This document shows, in pieces, positions 51,401 through 64,000 of a stretch of 64,000 nucleotides of DNA. The notes beneath the pieces were generated by a model that worked only from the letters and a program-made list of their open reading frames with translations, was not told the DNA's origin and ran no database searches. The position numbers were made by a program, and so were the translations under genes. This DNA is from Podarcis bocagei (Eukaryota), in the NCBI GenBank assembly GCA_964188305.1, contig OZ076890.1; one strand, 5' to 3'. Every line of letters starts with the position of its first letter. Positions within the stretch are counted from its first letter, which is position 1.

Positions 51401-52649
51401 AAGCCTCTCCTTATATCATTTGTCATTCTCTTCTCAGGTAGAACACAGTATGTTTTGTGGTAGAAGATTGAGGCAAAATATGAGTTTGAGTAGTTCTTCT
51501 TTCACTGTTTCACTTGTTTATACTTACTGTCTTGTCTAAGCAGCAGACCTACCATTCCCTTGCAGCTCATTCTTGTCTTATCCTTCCTGTTCGTACAGTT
51601 TGGGGTGCACTGTTGTAAATATCCCTGGTTACATATACCTTTTTCAGTCTCCTATATATGCCCTTTTATGTCTCAGTTCATCAAAGTGCTCTGTATGGAG
51701 CTTAACTGGCATCTTTCCCTTCTTCTTAAGACTGCCTAATCATGACCAGCATCTGCAACTCTGGAAGCTGTAGTTCAGCAGCGTATGGAGATCCACCCCT
51801 GATTTAGAGGAACAAGAATTACCATTAAAAATGCTTTAAATTTGGTTTGAAATTTCAATCCCAGAGAGAGACACCCCTCATTAATTTGTGTGATTATGAT
51901 GTCACAGGTCTACTTCTTCATTGTGTACAAGTGAGTCTACTGCTACTGAAGTGGATTTTCACTGTTGCTATCAGTTTATCATGGCTGCAAAATCTTGACT
52001 TAGCACAGCAGTAATAAGGATTAGAAGAATGTTATATTTGAGTAGAAGGTCGTGGGCAAGGATAAATTCTTTTTCTTCCCCACATCCCTTGGAACCTTAA
52101 GAGTTAGTGATTACTAAAATTTGTATCTGTATTTGTTCTTCAGAAATATGAGTTTTGCCAATTTGTAATCTGTAGTTGGATTCTAATCTCAGATGGAGAA
52201 GTGTAAGTCCTTTCCCCCTGTCTCTTATCCATATGTACACCTACAAACTGAGCTTCAGTTTTATAACATTTCTAGAATCTTTGTACTATACATATAAGCC
52301 GCTGATACAGGCAGCAGGAGAATAACTGCAGGCTGTTTTTGCAGTACTTTATTTCTTTGAATTTCACTGAAGTGGAATTTTCCGAATAACTTGTTTAATA
52401 CAATCCTTTGTAATGGCCAGAAATTGTGCAAAGACCTGTTAAAGCAGGAGCTAAAACAGGATGCTGCAGTACTCTTAATGACTTCCTGTCCATAGGCAGA
52501 TGGATGAAAATACAAAAAGCTTCCAAGTCAGACAGAAAGTCTCAAAATGGTATTCTATCCAACTCAGTATTTCTGGGGAAAAGCTGAACCTCAGATCTCA
52601 CCATGACAATGGAAGTACCATGTGGGATATGCATGACTGAACTAAAAAC

Positions 52650-52652
<3 letters not shown>

Positions 52653-52712
<60 letters not shown>
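52653..52712. repeat. (TA)n microsatellite ~75 nt upstream of SYNJ1 exon 3
   Basis: Direct reading. Confidence 0.95.
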
Positions 52713-52718
<6 letters not shown>

Positions 52719-52788
52719 TGAAGTGGAAGAGTCTTTCATAAGTATAGTTCTTTTGCCATAATTTGAATCCTTCACATTTTATAAACAG

Positions 52789-52875
52789 CATCTGCAGAGA
52801 AAGAGGCAATCAAGAACATGTACTCCAAGGTGATGGATGCATACGGACTGCTAGGTGTTTTGAGATTAAATCTTG
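52789..52875 (+). CDS. SYNJ1: SYNJ1 exon 3
   Basis: aacag|[28 protein letters not shown]|gtgagt; 87 nt. Confidence 0.94.
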
Positions 52876-53642
52876 GTGAGTAAATCTCATTTTGGGAGTG
52901 CCCTTTCTTTTCATATGAAAACAGTAACAGTTAAAAGATTGCTCATGCCATCTTGCTGCCGGTACAATTGCTGGTATGTGATCACCACACTCCAGATAAA
53001 TTGATGATTAGTTTTGTATGTGCAGCGGGAATCCCTCCCCCCTTTTTCCCCCTTGGTGATGCTTGCTGAGTTTTCTAAATAGCCTCTCCTGTTCTCCAAC
53101 ACCAAACAGCAAATCATTTTCAAAACTTTGGTGTCTCAGAGTCAATTAGATGTGTATGACATGGCATATGTAACATGACGAGAGGATTGGATTGCCTTGG
53201 GGATCAGAAGCTGAAAGTTCTGATGGCATACATGAGACTCTGGCCATTAAATAATTGTTGGGCTTGTAGTAAATTACATTGTCTCTTCAGTGGTGTTCCT
53301 TTCAAGCATATGAGGCATGGTGGTATATTTTTCCTTAAGATATGAAGTTCATTTTTTTCTGTGAAATTTAAAATATGCCATTGGAATCAAGGTTTCTAAC
53401 ATTTCAGTTTACACATACCCTATCAGTAATTATAAAACAAAACAATAAGCATACTCATCCTAAAAGTTGACATGGTTGCAGCCCAGCACTTATTTAAAAA
53501 CTGCTGTTTTACTGTTCATGCAAAATCAATTTCTGGAAAGTCTTATGTGCAAAAGTAAACTTTAGAATTATGCAGTTACCTCTCTTTAAAAGTTTAATAC
53601 TTAAAACAGGGAAATGCAAAAGTGTGTCTTGCAAAAGTTTAA

Positions 53643-53948
<306 letters not shown>

Positions 53949-55615
53949 TGAGTTTATAAGTTTTAGGAAGTCTGATACCGTGTGCCTTCGTATTTTGAGT
54001 TGTTGAATTTCTTGTCATTGCACATGTTAAAATACTGCTTGCAGTTCTACCTTTTTGAAATAGTACTTCTTCATATAAAATGGTTTTTAATGTTTTTATG
54101 AGTATTAATATGGGCAAATCACACACAAATACAGTATATACACAGAATGAACCATTTTGCAAACTCATGCTTAGCTGTTCTGGGAAATACTTTACAAGTG
54201 TTAAAAGGAGAAGTGAAAAGCCAGTATTCGCATTAAGTTCAAATGATTACAGTCACAGATACTAGTAACTTAAAAATATTTGTTTTGTGCTTGTTCAGCT
54301 ATACACAGAGAATTCTGTCTCTTTTTATAGAATGGTCATTATTGTTATAATAGTGTAAACTATTAGATGCCTTGTCTAATATTCAAGGTTGTGTACATTT
54401 AGCGAATTCTGTACAAGTTTAGCAGGACAGAATTTGAAATTTAGGGAAATTAATTATACAGGATAAGAATTTCAGTACTTTTAGAAAGCAAGTTCCTAAG
54501 GAAAAGATAAAGAAAGCAAAGGAATGGATGCAATGATAACGCCTCCAATTTTTAAACCCAAGTAACATTGTAGTCCTACATGACTCCATTAGTCTTCCTG
54601 TGATTAGAAGAAGCAGAATACAAAGTAAGTAGCCTTTGTAGCTAAAACATTTTCAATATTCAACGTTCTGCACAGAATACAAATTTCTTGTACTTGCATG
54701 ATACATTCATGAAACATGCAGAGCCCCAAGAAGCTGTTCACTTACCTCAATGAATCATCTCTTAACTGTCCAAGCTGCTTCTAATATATTAATGACATTA
54801 GATCTATCTAAGCTGGCAAAAATAGTGGAGATTGTGCTTAAAAGTGGGGTTCGCTGACCCCACCAAAAAACCCCTGCTTTTATTTGAACTGTGATCACCT
54901 GATAGTTTGAGTATCAAGATTGCTTCTATAGAGAAACATCAGTGGGCCCTTTGTCTACTTTTGGAGTCCCAGACACTTTTAAAAGGATCACCTCCCCAAA
55001 AGACACATTCTGAACTGGAGTTTAGTACTGCTTTGGGAATGCTGTGGTCTCTTGGTAACATCAGGAACACTGTTCAATATCTGGATCAGCATATTTGTCT
55101 GAGATGGGTGTGGATTGCTGCCCAGGGCTGTGACATTTAGTTTCTGTAACATCCACACATGAAATTGTCAGACGCAGGCATCGAGGGGGAAATCCTTTTT
55201 CAACTGGAGGTGATTTTACACATGCGAAATGTACATGATTGTTTCAGATTTACGTGATTTACGCTAACTCCACTCCCCAAAAAACTCTCTGTAGTTCAAT
55301 AACCAGTATCTTCTCTGAAACTGGAAGCTTGCACTGTGAGAAATTCTAATTTATGATGTCTCTTTATGCTGCCACTTTGCTACTAGAATGTGCAGGTTAG
55401 CCAGCCTAGTGAAACTGGACTTTCTGAAATGTAATTTGCTGAATGTTTGTTTTTACCTTTTCCCTTAATCTTTCCTGGACTATGTTTATTGCTTTGAAAG
55501 TCATTACAGAAGACTTGCATAATTTAGAATTGTTTAAAATGACTCTGTGTTCCACTTAAGCATACTTGCTTATATATGCATGCCATTATGTTTACAATGA
55601 TATTTTAGTCTTTGA

Positions 55616-55906
<291 letters not shown>

Positions 55907-56438
55907 TGACCTATGCACTATATTACTGCTTTGCATTATTCTCACTAAAATATACAAATAGGGGTTATGCATTGCTTGGTACAAGGCGTGACATCTAGTT
56001 TACATATTTAGCACATGAGGCTATCCCAACTTGATTTCTACCTGCTGCCAACTGTAGTTATTTTGTATATAATAGTCTTGAACACATTGGCTACCAAACC
56101 TACATTTGTGGTAGACAGGTTGCACTTCTTGTATCATAGCCATGTTATGGAATGGTAATGCTCAGTTGGTGAAAATGAGGACTGTTTCCACAATTCAGAT
56201 CTACCCCTTTGTTAAAACTAAAAAAACATTGTTGAGACAGATGTGCGTATCTCATCCTTCCAATCTTAATAGTAGACATCAGCACATTTTCCATGACATG
56301 CTAATCCAAGCCATGGTCTAGCATGGATGCCTGGCTGCACAGGTTCTCAGGGATGTCGTGGTGGCTGCTTTGCTCTTCCCCAGTTTTTTTCTGCAGCATT
56401 CACTAAGCCATGGTATAGAAAATATACATTATTTATTT

Positions 56439-56477
56439 ATACATACATACATACATACATACATACATACATACATA
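56439..56477. repeat. (ACAT)n microsatellite
   Basis: Direct reading. Confidence 0.9.
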
Positions 56478-57283
56478 ATGTTGTTTGTAAGCCACCTTTC
56501 CATAGATAAAATCATGCTCAATGTGGCTTATAGGATGAAAAAATACATAATTACAAACATAACAAAAGTAGTCATAAGCAATAAAACATCCAAAAGGACA
56601 CAACCAAATCATACAATTGTTTTATTATTATTATTATTATTGTTGTTGTTGTTGTTATTGTTATTATTAAATCATCATAAAGTCTAAAATAAAGATATAT
56701 AAAAAAAAATCAAAATATACAAAAATCAGTGACAACACTCCCTGTGCCAACAAAAAACCCTAAATAACACCCCAACCCAAAAGTCTGTTCAGCAGCCTCA
56801 GCTTTTATATATTTACAAAATGTATTAATTGTTTAACATTTAAACATTTTGAAGCAATGTACAACAGGGGTTTCATAAAATCAAAACATAACATAAAGAA
56901 GAGCATAAAATATAAAATATTCTGCTGCTGTCACAGATCCAACAGAACAGATTAGTATTACACTAATTGCCTGTATACTGTAAGCCATCATTTATCACAA
57001 TATATTATTTCCACAGTTGCCTATTTCATATGGATTAATAGATAGATTATGTAGCTAGAAAATGATCTCATTTTTTTCATTAAAATCACTTTGTATTGGA
57101 GCAACCTTGGTGCAAAGCTTTCAAATTTCTTTCTTTTTCTTTTTTTTTTGGCCTTAGATGATGTTGGGTCAGAATAAGTTTTAATGTGTGGGCAAATGGC
57201 ATGGAATATTTTGAACAAAGTTTCTGCATAAGGTAACTAATTGCTTAAGACAACTAATACAATAAATTTTATTTCTCCAACAG

Positions 57284-57367
57284 GTGATATTTCTAGATGA
57301 ATGTGTGTCATCCTTTATACAAATTCGTGGATCTGTTCCATTATTTTGGGAGCAACCTGGCTTACAA
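57284..57367 (+). CDS. SYNJ1: SYNJ1 exon 6
   Basis: aacag|[28 protein letters not shown]|gtatga; 84 nt. Confidence 0.94.
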
Positions 57368-57934
57368 GTATGAGGACTATATCTTTTCTCAAATTGCATT
57401 TCCCCATATTAGTTGAAGTCTTCTACCACCTTTTTCAAGAATCAGAGCTCAGTAATTTAAGGAGAACATGTTATACATACAAATCAGTGTCATGTAGGAC
57501 ATAGTAGGAAAACATTGTTTAAATTGCAACTGTTTGGTCAGCAGGAGTGAAAGTGGCTTCAAGCCTATTCCTGTTTGCCTCAAGTGACCTTAAACTATGT
57601 CGGCTCTTAGATTTATATGATTTTCTTTATTTTTATTGATCAGAAATGTACCTGACAGAGCAATCCAAAACCCTGGCTGGGAGCAGTTGATCCACCACTG
57701 CACCTGAAACCCTGGGAGGGGCAGGGTGTGTTGGGAGGACAGTTTCTTGGAGCTGAGGGACCCAAAGATCCATGGCACTTTGAGTCGTGGTCTCTGCCCC
57801 AAAAAGTTTGGGCATCTTTAGTCGCAGGGCCCACTGTTGAAGGCCAGCAGGGAGACAGGTGTTCACCATCCTAACTCCCCCAGCTATCAACGTTTGGAGC
57901 AGGGAGTGGTAGTGGTAGGATTGGATTGTAAGTA

Positions 57935-58171
57935 CAGTGGTACCTCAGTTTTTGAACATAATCCGTTCCGGAAGACCATTCGAGTTCTGAAACGTTCGAA
58001 AATCAAAAACTCAAAATGGAAATCTCAATATGGAAAACTCAGTACGGAAGCCACGTTTCCGGTTCAACTTCCGAGGCGCGTTCGAAAACCGAAGCATTTA
58101 CTTCTGGGTTTACATCGTTCAAGTTCTGAAACATTTGTCAGCGGAGACGTTCAAAAACTGAGGTACCACTG
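57935..58171. mobile_element. Tc1/mariner (Tigger/pogo-like) MITE
   Basis: Perfect 23-bp TIR cagtggtacctcagtttttgaac / gttcaaaaactgaggtaccactg. Confidence 0.85.
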
Positions 58172-58286
58172 TGTTATAATAGAAGTGAGGAAAGAAAAAT
58201 TTAAAAAATCAGAAGCACTATGCTCTTGTGTCTTTTAAAATTACTGCACAGTGTAATAATTTGAGTGCTTTATTAATAAAATTTGA

Positions 58287-58421
<135 letters not shown>

Positions 58422-58824
58422 TAAAAGTCCTTTCTTCCTTCCAGCAGGAGCTATTCATTTTGAGTACTCTAGTAGGCAATATTTCCACGAAGTTCTTAAA
58501 TGCATGAGTGACCCACTGGGAACGGGATGAAATAATACCAGTAACTAAAGGGTAGCATGTACATTGTTAAACTAAAGTAACAAATGAAAGGTTTAAAATG
58601 AGATTCTTATGAACTTAAAAGCCATATTTCCATTTTCTGTTGAGTGGGATTCATCTGTGTTAGGAGTGAATTCTACATTGTATGTAAGTTGTCACAATTC
58701 TTATACTGGTTTTGGGTTTTCTCTTGTGGCTGATTTCATAATTTCATTCATCCTTTTAGCTGCTCTTTTGCCTTTTCAATATAAGTGGTTAAATATGATG
58801 TGTGTATTCCATTCATTGATTTAA

Positions 58825-59028
<204 letters not shown>

Positions 59029-59344
59029 TAATTATCTCAGTTTCAGTATATAAGTAATTTCATTAATGTTGTGTTATTTGACTTTTAATAAAAGAATGTG
59101 ATTTTGTAAATCAAAAGCTGATTAAGGACCACTTCAAATGTAATTTTCTTCAAGCCTAGCTCTGTCTAGAAATTAATATATTACAAATATTGCAATAACA
59201 GAATAGATGTTAAAACCAGAATAGCTGTTAAAACCAATTGGCAGTATCACATTTTTTGCTACTACCAAAATCTTGTTCCATGACATCTATATCCCATTTG
59301 TTGCTAATATATTTGTTTCTCCTTTCTTCCACCAACTTCCTCAG

Positions 59345-59514
59345 AGCCATTTGAAAGCTTCTGAACATGCTGATGACATCAAAATGGTGAACTTTGACTA
59401 TCATCAAATGGTCAAGGGTGGAAAGGCAGAAAAACTACATAGCGTTCTTAAACCACAGATCCAGAAATTCTTAGAGTGTGGATTTTTTTACTTCGATGGA
59501 AACGAAGTTCAAAG
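59345..59514 (+). CDS. SYNJ1: SYNJ1 exon 9
   Basis: ctcag|[38 protein letters not shown]...EVQR|gtttgg; 170 nt. Confidence 0.94.
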
Positions 59515-60430
59515 GTTTGGATACTTGTCTTCTGTTACCAGATACAGCTGGTTTAGCACTTTTGGAAATGAAAGAAGAGTCAGAAAAGGGGAACTACTTT
59601 TTTAATAAAAAAAGTTGAGACTACTTATTTATGAGGGAAATGACTGAACATGCTGCAGCTGTAACACATATCCGCAATGAAAATTCTGTCTTCCCTTCAC
59701 TTGTTTGCTTTAATCAGTTTGGTGTGGCACCTGCACCAAATTTAACCAGGGTTTGAAGAAAATTCTAATTAATACGTGGTTAATCTTAGTGCAGTAATGT
59801 TAAACTGGTGTTAAAACCAAGTAAAGGAGCTATTCATATGGGGGGGTGTGCATGTGATCACCCTAGCCTTAAAACCAAAGTGCTGAGCTTTAGGAATGGT
59901 CTGAAACATTTTCATAAAGCCATAGCTTCAAGCAAAAAGCAAAAGCTACATTTTTTACTACCAAGCCAGAATTATTTTGTATTTATTTTGAATTTTCATA
60001 GAGCCAGTTAAAAGGGGGTAGTGGAAATTAGAGACTTTTGGCACTGTACTGTTTCTAAAATGCATTGATTGCAGTGGGGGACGTGGAGTGAAATCTGACA
60101 GTGTGTTTTTTGGCCTTTAAGTTGAGTTCTTATGAAGTCATTTAATCATTGTTGTTTTTTCAAAATACCATTCCTTTTTAAAAAAGTAGAACATTATTCA
60201 AAATTATTCATTTATTAAAATAAACGAATACATCTGAATGTGCTATGGCATGGCTTTTTTATTTTTTTAACTCCAAAAACCTAGTGGGTAAAATAGTGGG
60301 TAAAGCGTGTGTTGATAGGTATTTGGCTAATGATCATACTTCTGTTTAGTACCTTGGTTAAAGTTTTGTTTAAAGTTTTGTGTGTTGTGTTTAATTTTAA
60401 AATTGTGTGTTTGTTGTATACTTGGCACAG

Positions 60431-60512
60431 AACTCAAAGTGGTACTATAAGAACAAACTGCTTGGATTGTCTGGATAGAACAAATTCTGTGCAGGCATTT
60501 GTTGGCTTAGAG
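60431..60512 (+). CDS. SYNJ1: SYNJ1 exon 10, Sac1 catalytic CX5R(T) motif
   Basis: cacag|[27 protein letters not shown]|gtaaga; CLDCLDRT at 60459-60482; 82 nt. Confidence 0.96.
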
Positions 60513-60910
60513 GTAAGAATATAAAGTTATTATATTTTAGAAGTGTTTTAATGTTGACATTTGAAAAGTTCACATACTGTTCAGGTGTTGCTTGACCTGT
60601 GTTACTCTCACACTATGGGATTTCTTCTTCCTCTTCTCTTCCTGCATATCCTCAAAATCTGCTTCAGAAGGTCCCCCAACCCTCTGCAACTGATTTTGAG
60701 AGTACACAAGGGGCTGCTGGCAAGAGTAGGGGAATTTTTATTGCACAAGGGGAAGTTGGTTGCACAAGCAGAACAGCAGTGTTGGATACAATCATAATTA
60801 TTTCTTATATTATTCTGTAAAGTGCCTTGTCCACTGATAGCTTTATATCAATTTAAATTGTATAATCTATAGTTTCTTAACCAGATAAAAGGGAAAACCA
60901 AACCAAATGA

Positions 60911-61162
<252 letters not shown>

Positions 61163-61649
61163 TGAATATTGTAATTCTCAAGGGCCAAATAGTGTTCTTG
61201 TTTACAACTGTTATTTTCCAATCTTTTAAGTGTCTGGATATGAGTTTTCCATTATTTCTCACTGTTTTCTACTGAATGTTGAAGCGGGCTCTGTTTTTAT
61301 CTACTAGTCTTGAATCTTCATGTTTCAACTAAAAACTTCACTCACTTCATTCCCTGCAGTGCTTTATTTAACTTTACTCATTTATCCAAAGTTCATCTAA
61401 AATGTCTGAGCCAAAATTAAGGTTTATTCCTAGGTTTTGTAGATGAAGCTATTACCTTGAACCCCACAGTAACTTATTAGTCCTGATATTATTATTTTAG
61501 AGTTATTTCATTCAAGTTCAAGTGCCAAAAAATTTTCTGCTGATACAAAAAGCAATAGTGATGCTGACACAGGCACCAGTAGCTGGTAGTTGCCAGTACT
61601 CAAACCTAGAGTTCCATGCAAGTTGCCTTTAGTTGGGTAGCGTGTGTAT

Positions 61650-62156
61650 TAGGGCTGAGTGATATATCGATATATGATCCAAACCAGTTTGAAGTCTGTA
61701 TTGTGATATCAGTTCCATAATTTTTGACCTGGCAATATATCGTGAATCATGATGTGTGTGTGCACGTGTGCTATGCAAAAATCACGATGTGGGGAAAACC
61801 GTGAAGCCAGCCAATTTTTCTTTCAATTCCTTCAGCCCCTGTTAACTCAACCAGCTCGGCTCTCCCCTCCCTCATTCAGGAGGCAGCAAATCACAAGAGC
61901 AGGCACCAGCGAATATCGCAATGCAGGAAAACCCTTGAAGCCAGCCAATGCCTCTACAGAGCTCCATTCTTATTTCAGACATCGTGATATATTGCTATAT
62001 CACCATGTTTAGCTGGTGATATATCACAAGATTGAAAACCAGATATCACCAAGCCCTACTGTTCGCTTCTACATAGTTCCATCCTTATATCAATATATTG
62101 TGATATTTAGCTGGTGACATATCACAATGTTGTAAACTAGATATCACTCAGCCCTA
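61650..62156. mobile_element. hAT-like non-autonomous DNA element
   Basis: Perfect 16-bp TIR tagggctgagtgatat / atatcactcagcccta; many gatat subterminal motifs; no clear TSD. Confidence 0.7.
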
Positions 62157-63857
62157 GGTTGTGTGTTATATCACACAACAGAATTTGATACAGTATTCCT
62201 AGCTATGGTTTTCTATGTATTTTGCTTGTGGCCTTGAAGAATTGTATCTTTCCCGGGCACAAGTGTTAAACAGCAGGTTTTACAATATTTTCATTGCCGG
62301 TTTTTGTCTGTTAGTACTTTGCATGTGGGAATGGTGGTTTCTTATGGGTTGTATCCAGCTAACTCATTGTGTCCATAGACTGAATCTGCAAGTGCAGCAG
62401 AGCTTCCCTTCCCTCTCCTCTCCTCTCCATGTACTTCCCAGAACTGTTTTGCCCCCCCCCCCAACTATCCAGAGCAGATTTGGGAGTGGTGCAAGAGTAA
62501 GAGTGGGAAGGGAAGTTCCACTGCACACACAGAAGTTGTTACGTGCATGCAGTGATTCAACTGGGTGAAACCTCTGCAGTTTAATCTTAATTGTATTCAC
62601 CTTTTCAAACTACAACTAACTTGAAATGTGTGTTTAACAGTGATTATTTCAAATTTTAAGTGCTATGTTACTATTTAACATCTTAACTAACTTTTCTTTT
62701 GCTTTCCTTTTGGTTCATTTCAATTATTTACCTGATATGTAATTGGTGAGTGTAATTCCCGAATACTGCTAAATGTTGAACATTGTAAGTGTTTAAATAT
62801 GTATCGCGACCCAACTTATTGAAGGTACAAAATGCTAAAGATTTGGTTTTAATGACTTAGATTTTCCTATACTGAACCTAATGGCATTTTTAAATAGAGT
62901 TAATTGGTTATTATATGTGTGGGTTTTCTTATAAAAATACTGCCTGTGAACTAAAGAACTAGTTCAAGCAGGATTAAGGGCTTGTCATGCTCAGTAGAGT
63001 ATTTGACATTGAACATATCCCCATGCCATATCACAAACTGGTTTTGAATTTTCCTTTCAGTGGCAAAAGTCCTTTGGCATGACGGACTGTTTGAAAAACC
63101 CAAGCCCAAATCCCCTTCATTGCAGGCAGCAGTCCTCATGAGCTGGAAGTCTTCAGTTTCAAAATATACATGCAGCACTTGTAACATATAAATCAGCAGC
63201 AAAATAGACAGCAGCCAAAAGTAGATTTTTGAGCATACAGCATAGCTAGCCTGATTTCTAAAACGTAATGATTGGGTAGATAGAAATGCAATTTCAATTT
63301 ATTCAGCTGGTATATTTTTATTTTGTGCATATGGATATGTACCAGTACACATGCATATAATATACATATTATCATAGCATATTGATTTGTGTATAGTATT
63401 TCCATACACATTAATGTGTCAATAAAGCTCTGTATATTGCCACTCAATATGTGCTTTGATTGTTACTCATTCCATAGCAGAAGTGACAATTCCTGTAAAA
63501 ATATAGCATTTAAAAGGACTGGATATTTTTAAAGCACATTTCTAAAATATATTTGCATGCAATATATACATACCTTATGTGTGCCCAGTGCTTGTACACA
63601 CCTCACTATTTTGGGTAAAGGCAAAGTATTGCATGGCTGCTCTGTGTGACTTCTGTCCGCCTCCCATTCTCTGCAAAATTCCTTGGGTTGTGTTTATATT
63701 CTCATCCTGCAAAAAAAGAAATTATACTGCAGCATAAACAGAAATGAAATTGGTTTAATACCAGCTTGTTATTAGTAGATTACAGCCTAAAACTGTATGC
63801 TATTTGCCAGTGTTCTGTAAGTAACTTGATAAAATATTTATACATATTCCTCCCTAA

Positions 63858-64000
<143 letters not shown>

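Overview
Vertebrate genomic DNA, probably a squamate reptile; the CR1/L2/Penelope/SINE/MITE repertoire suggests a lacertid-type lizard (inference). Three protein-coding genes lie on the + strand in the order known from human chr21. C21orf62/EPCIP has a single coding exon (6397-7062). PAXBP1 is complete with 18 coding exons (14963-40953); most of exon 8 lies in an N-gap, and intron 5 has a GC donor. The 5' part of SYNJ1 follows (12 exons, 43397 to window end), covering the Sac1 domain and its CX5R motif. All visible exon phases join in frame. The most unusual structure is a ~930-bp near-perfect inverted repeat of a Penelope-like retroelement end, inserted in a (TA)n tract in PAXBP1 intron 1, with a minimal hammerhead-ribozyme motif on each strand. 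Other points of interest are candidate poison or alternative exons in PAXBP1 intron 7 and SYNJ1 intron 11, an in-frame upstream ATG in SYNJ1, and a nested SINE/LTR-like/CR1 insertion upstream of the PAXBP1 promoter. Gene identities come from recalled protein similarity, not database searches.
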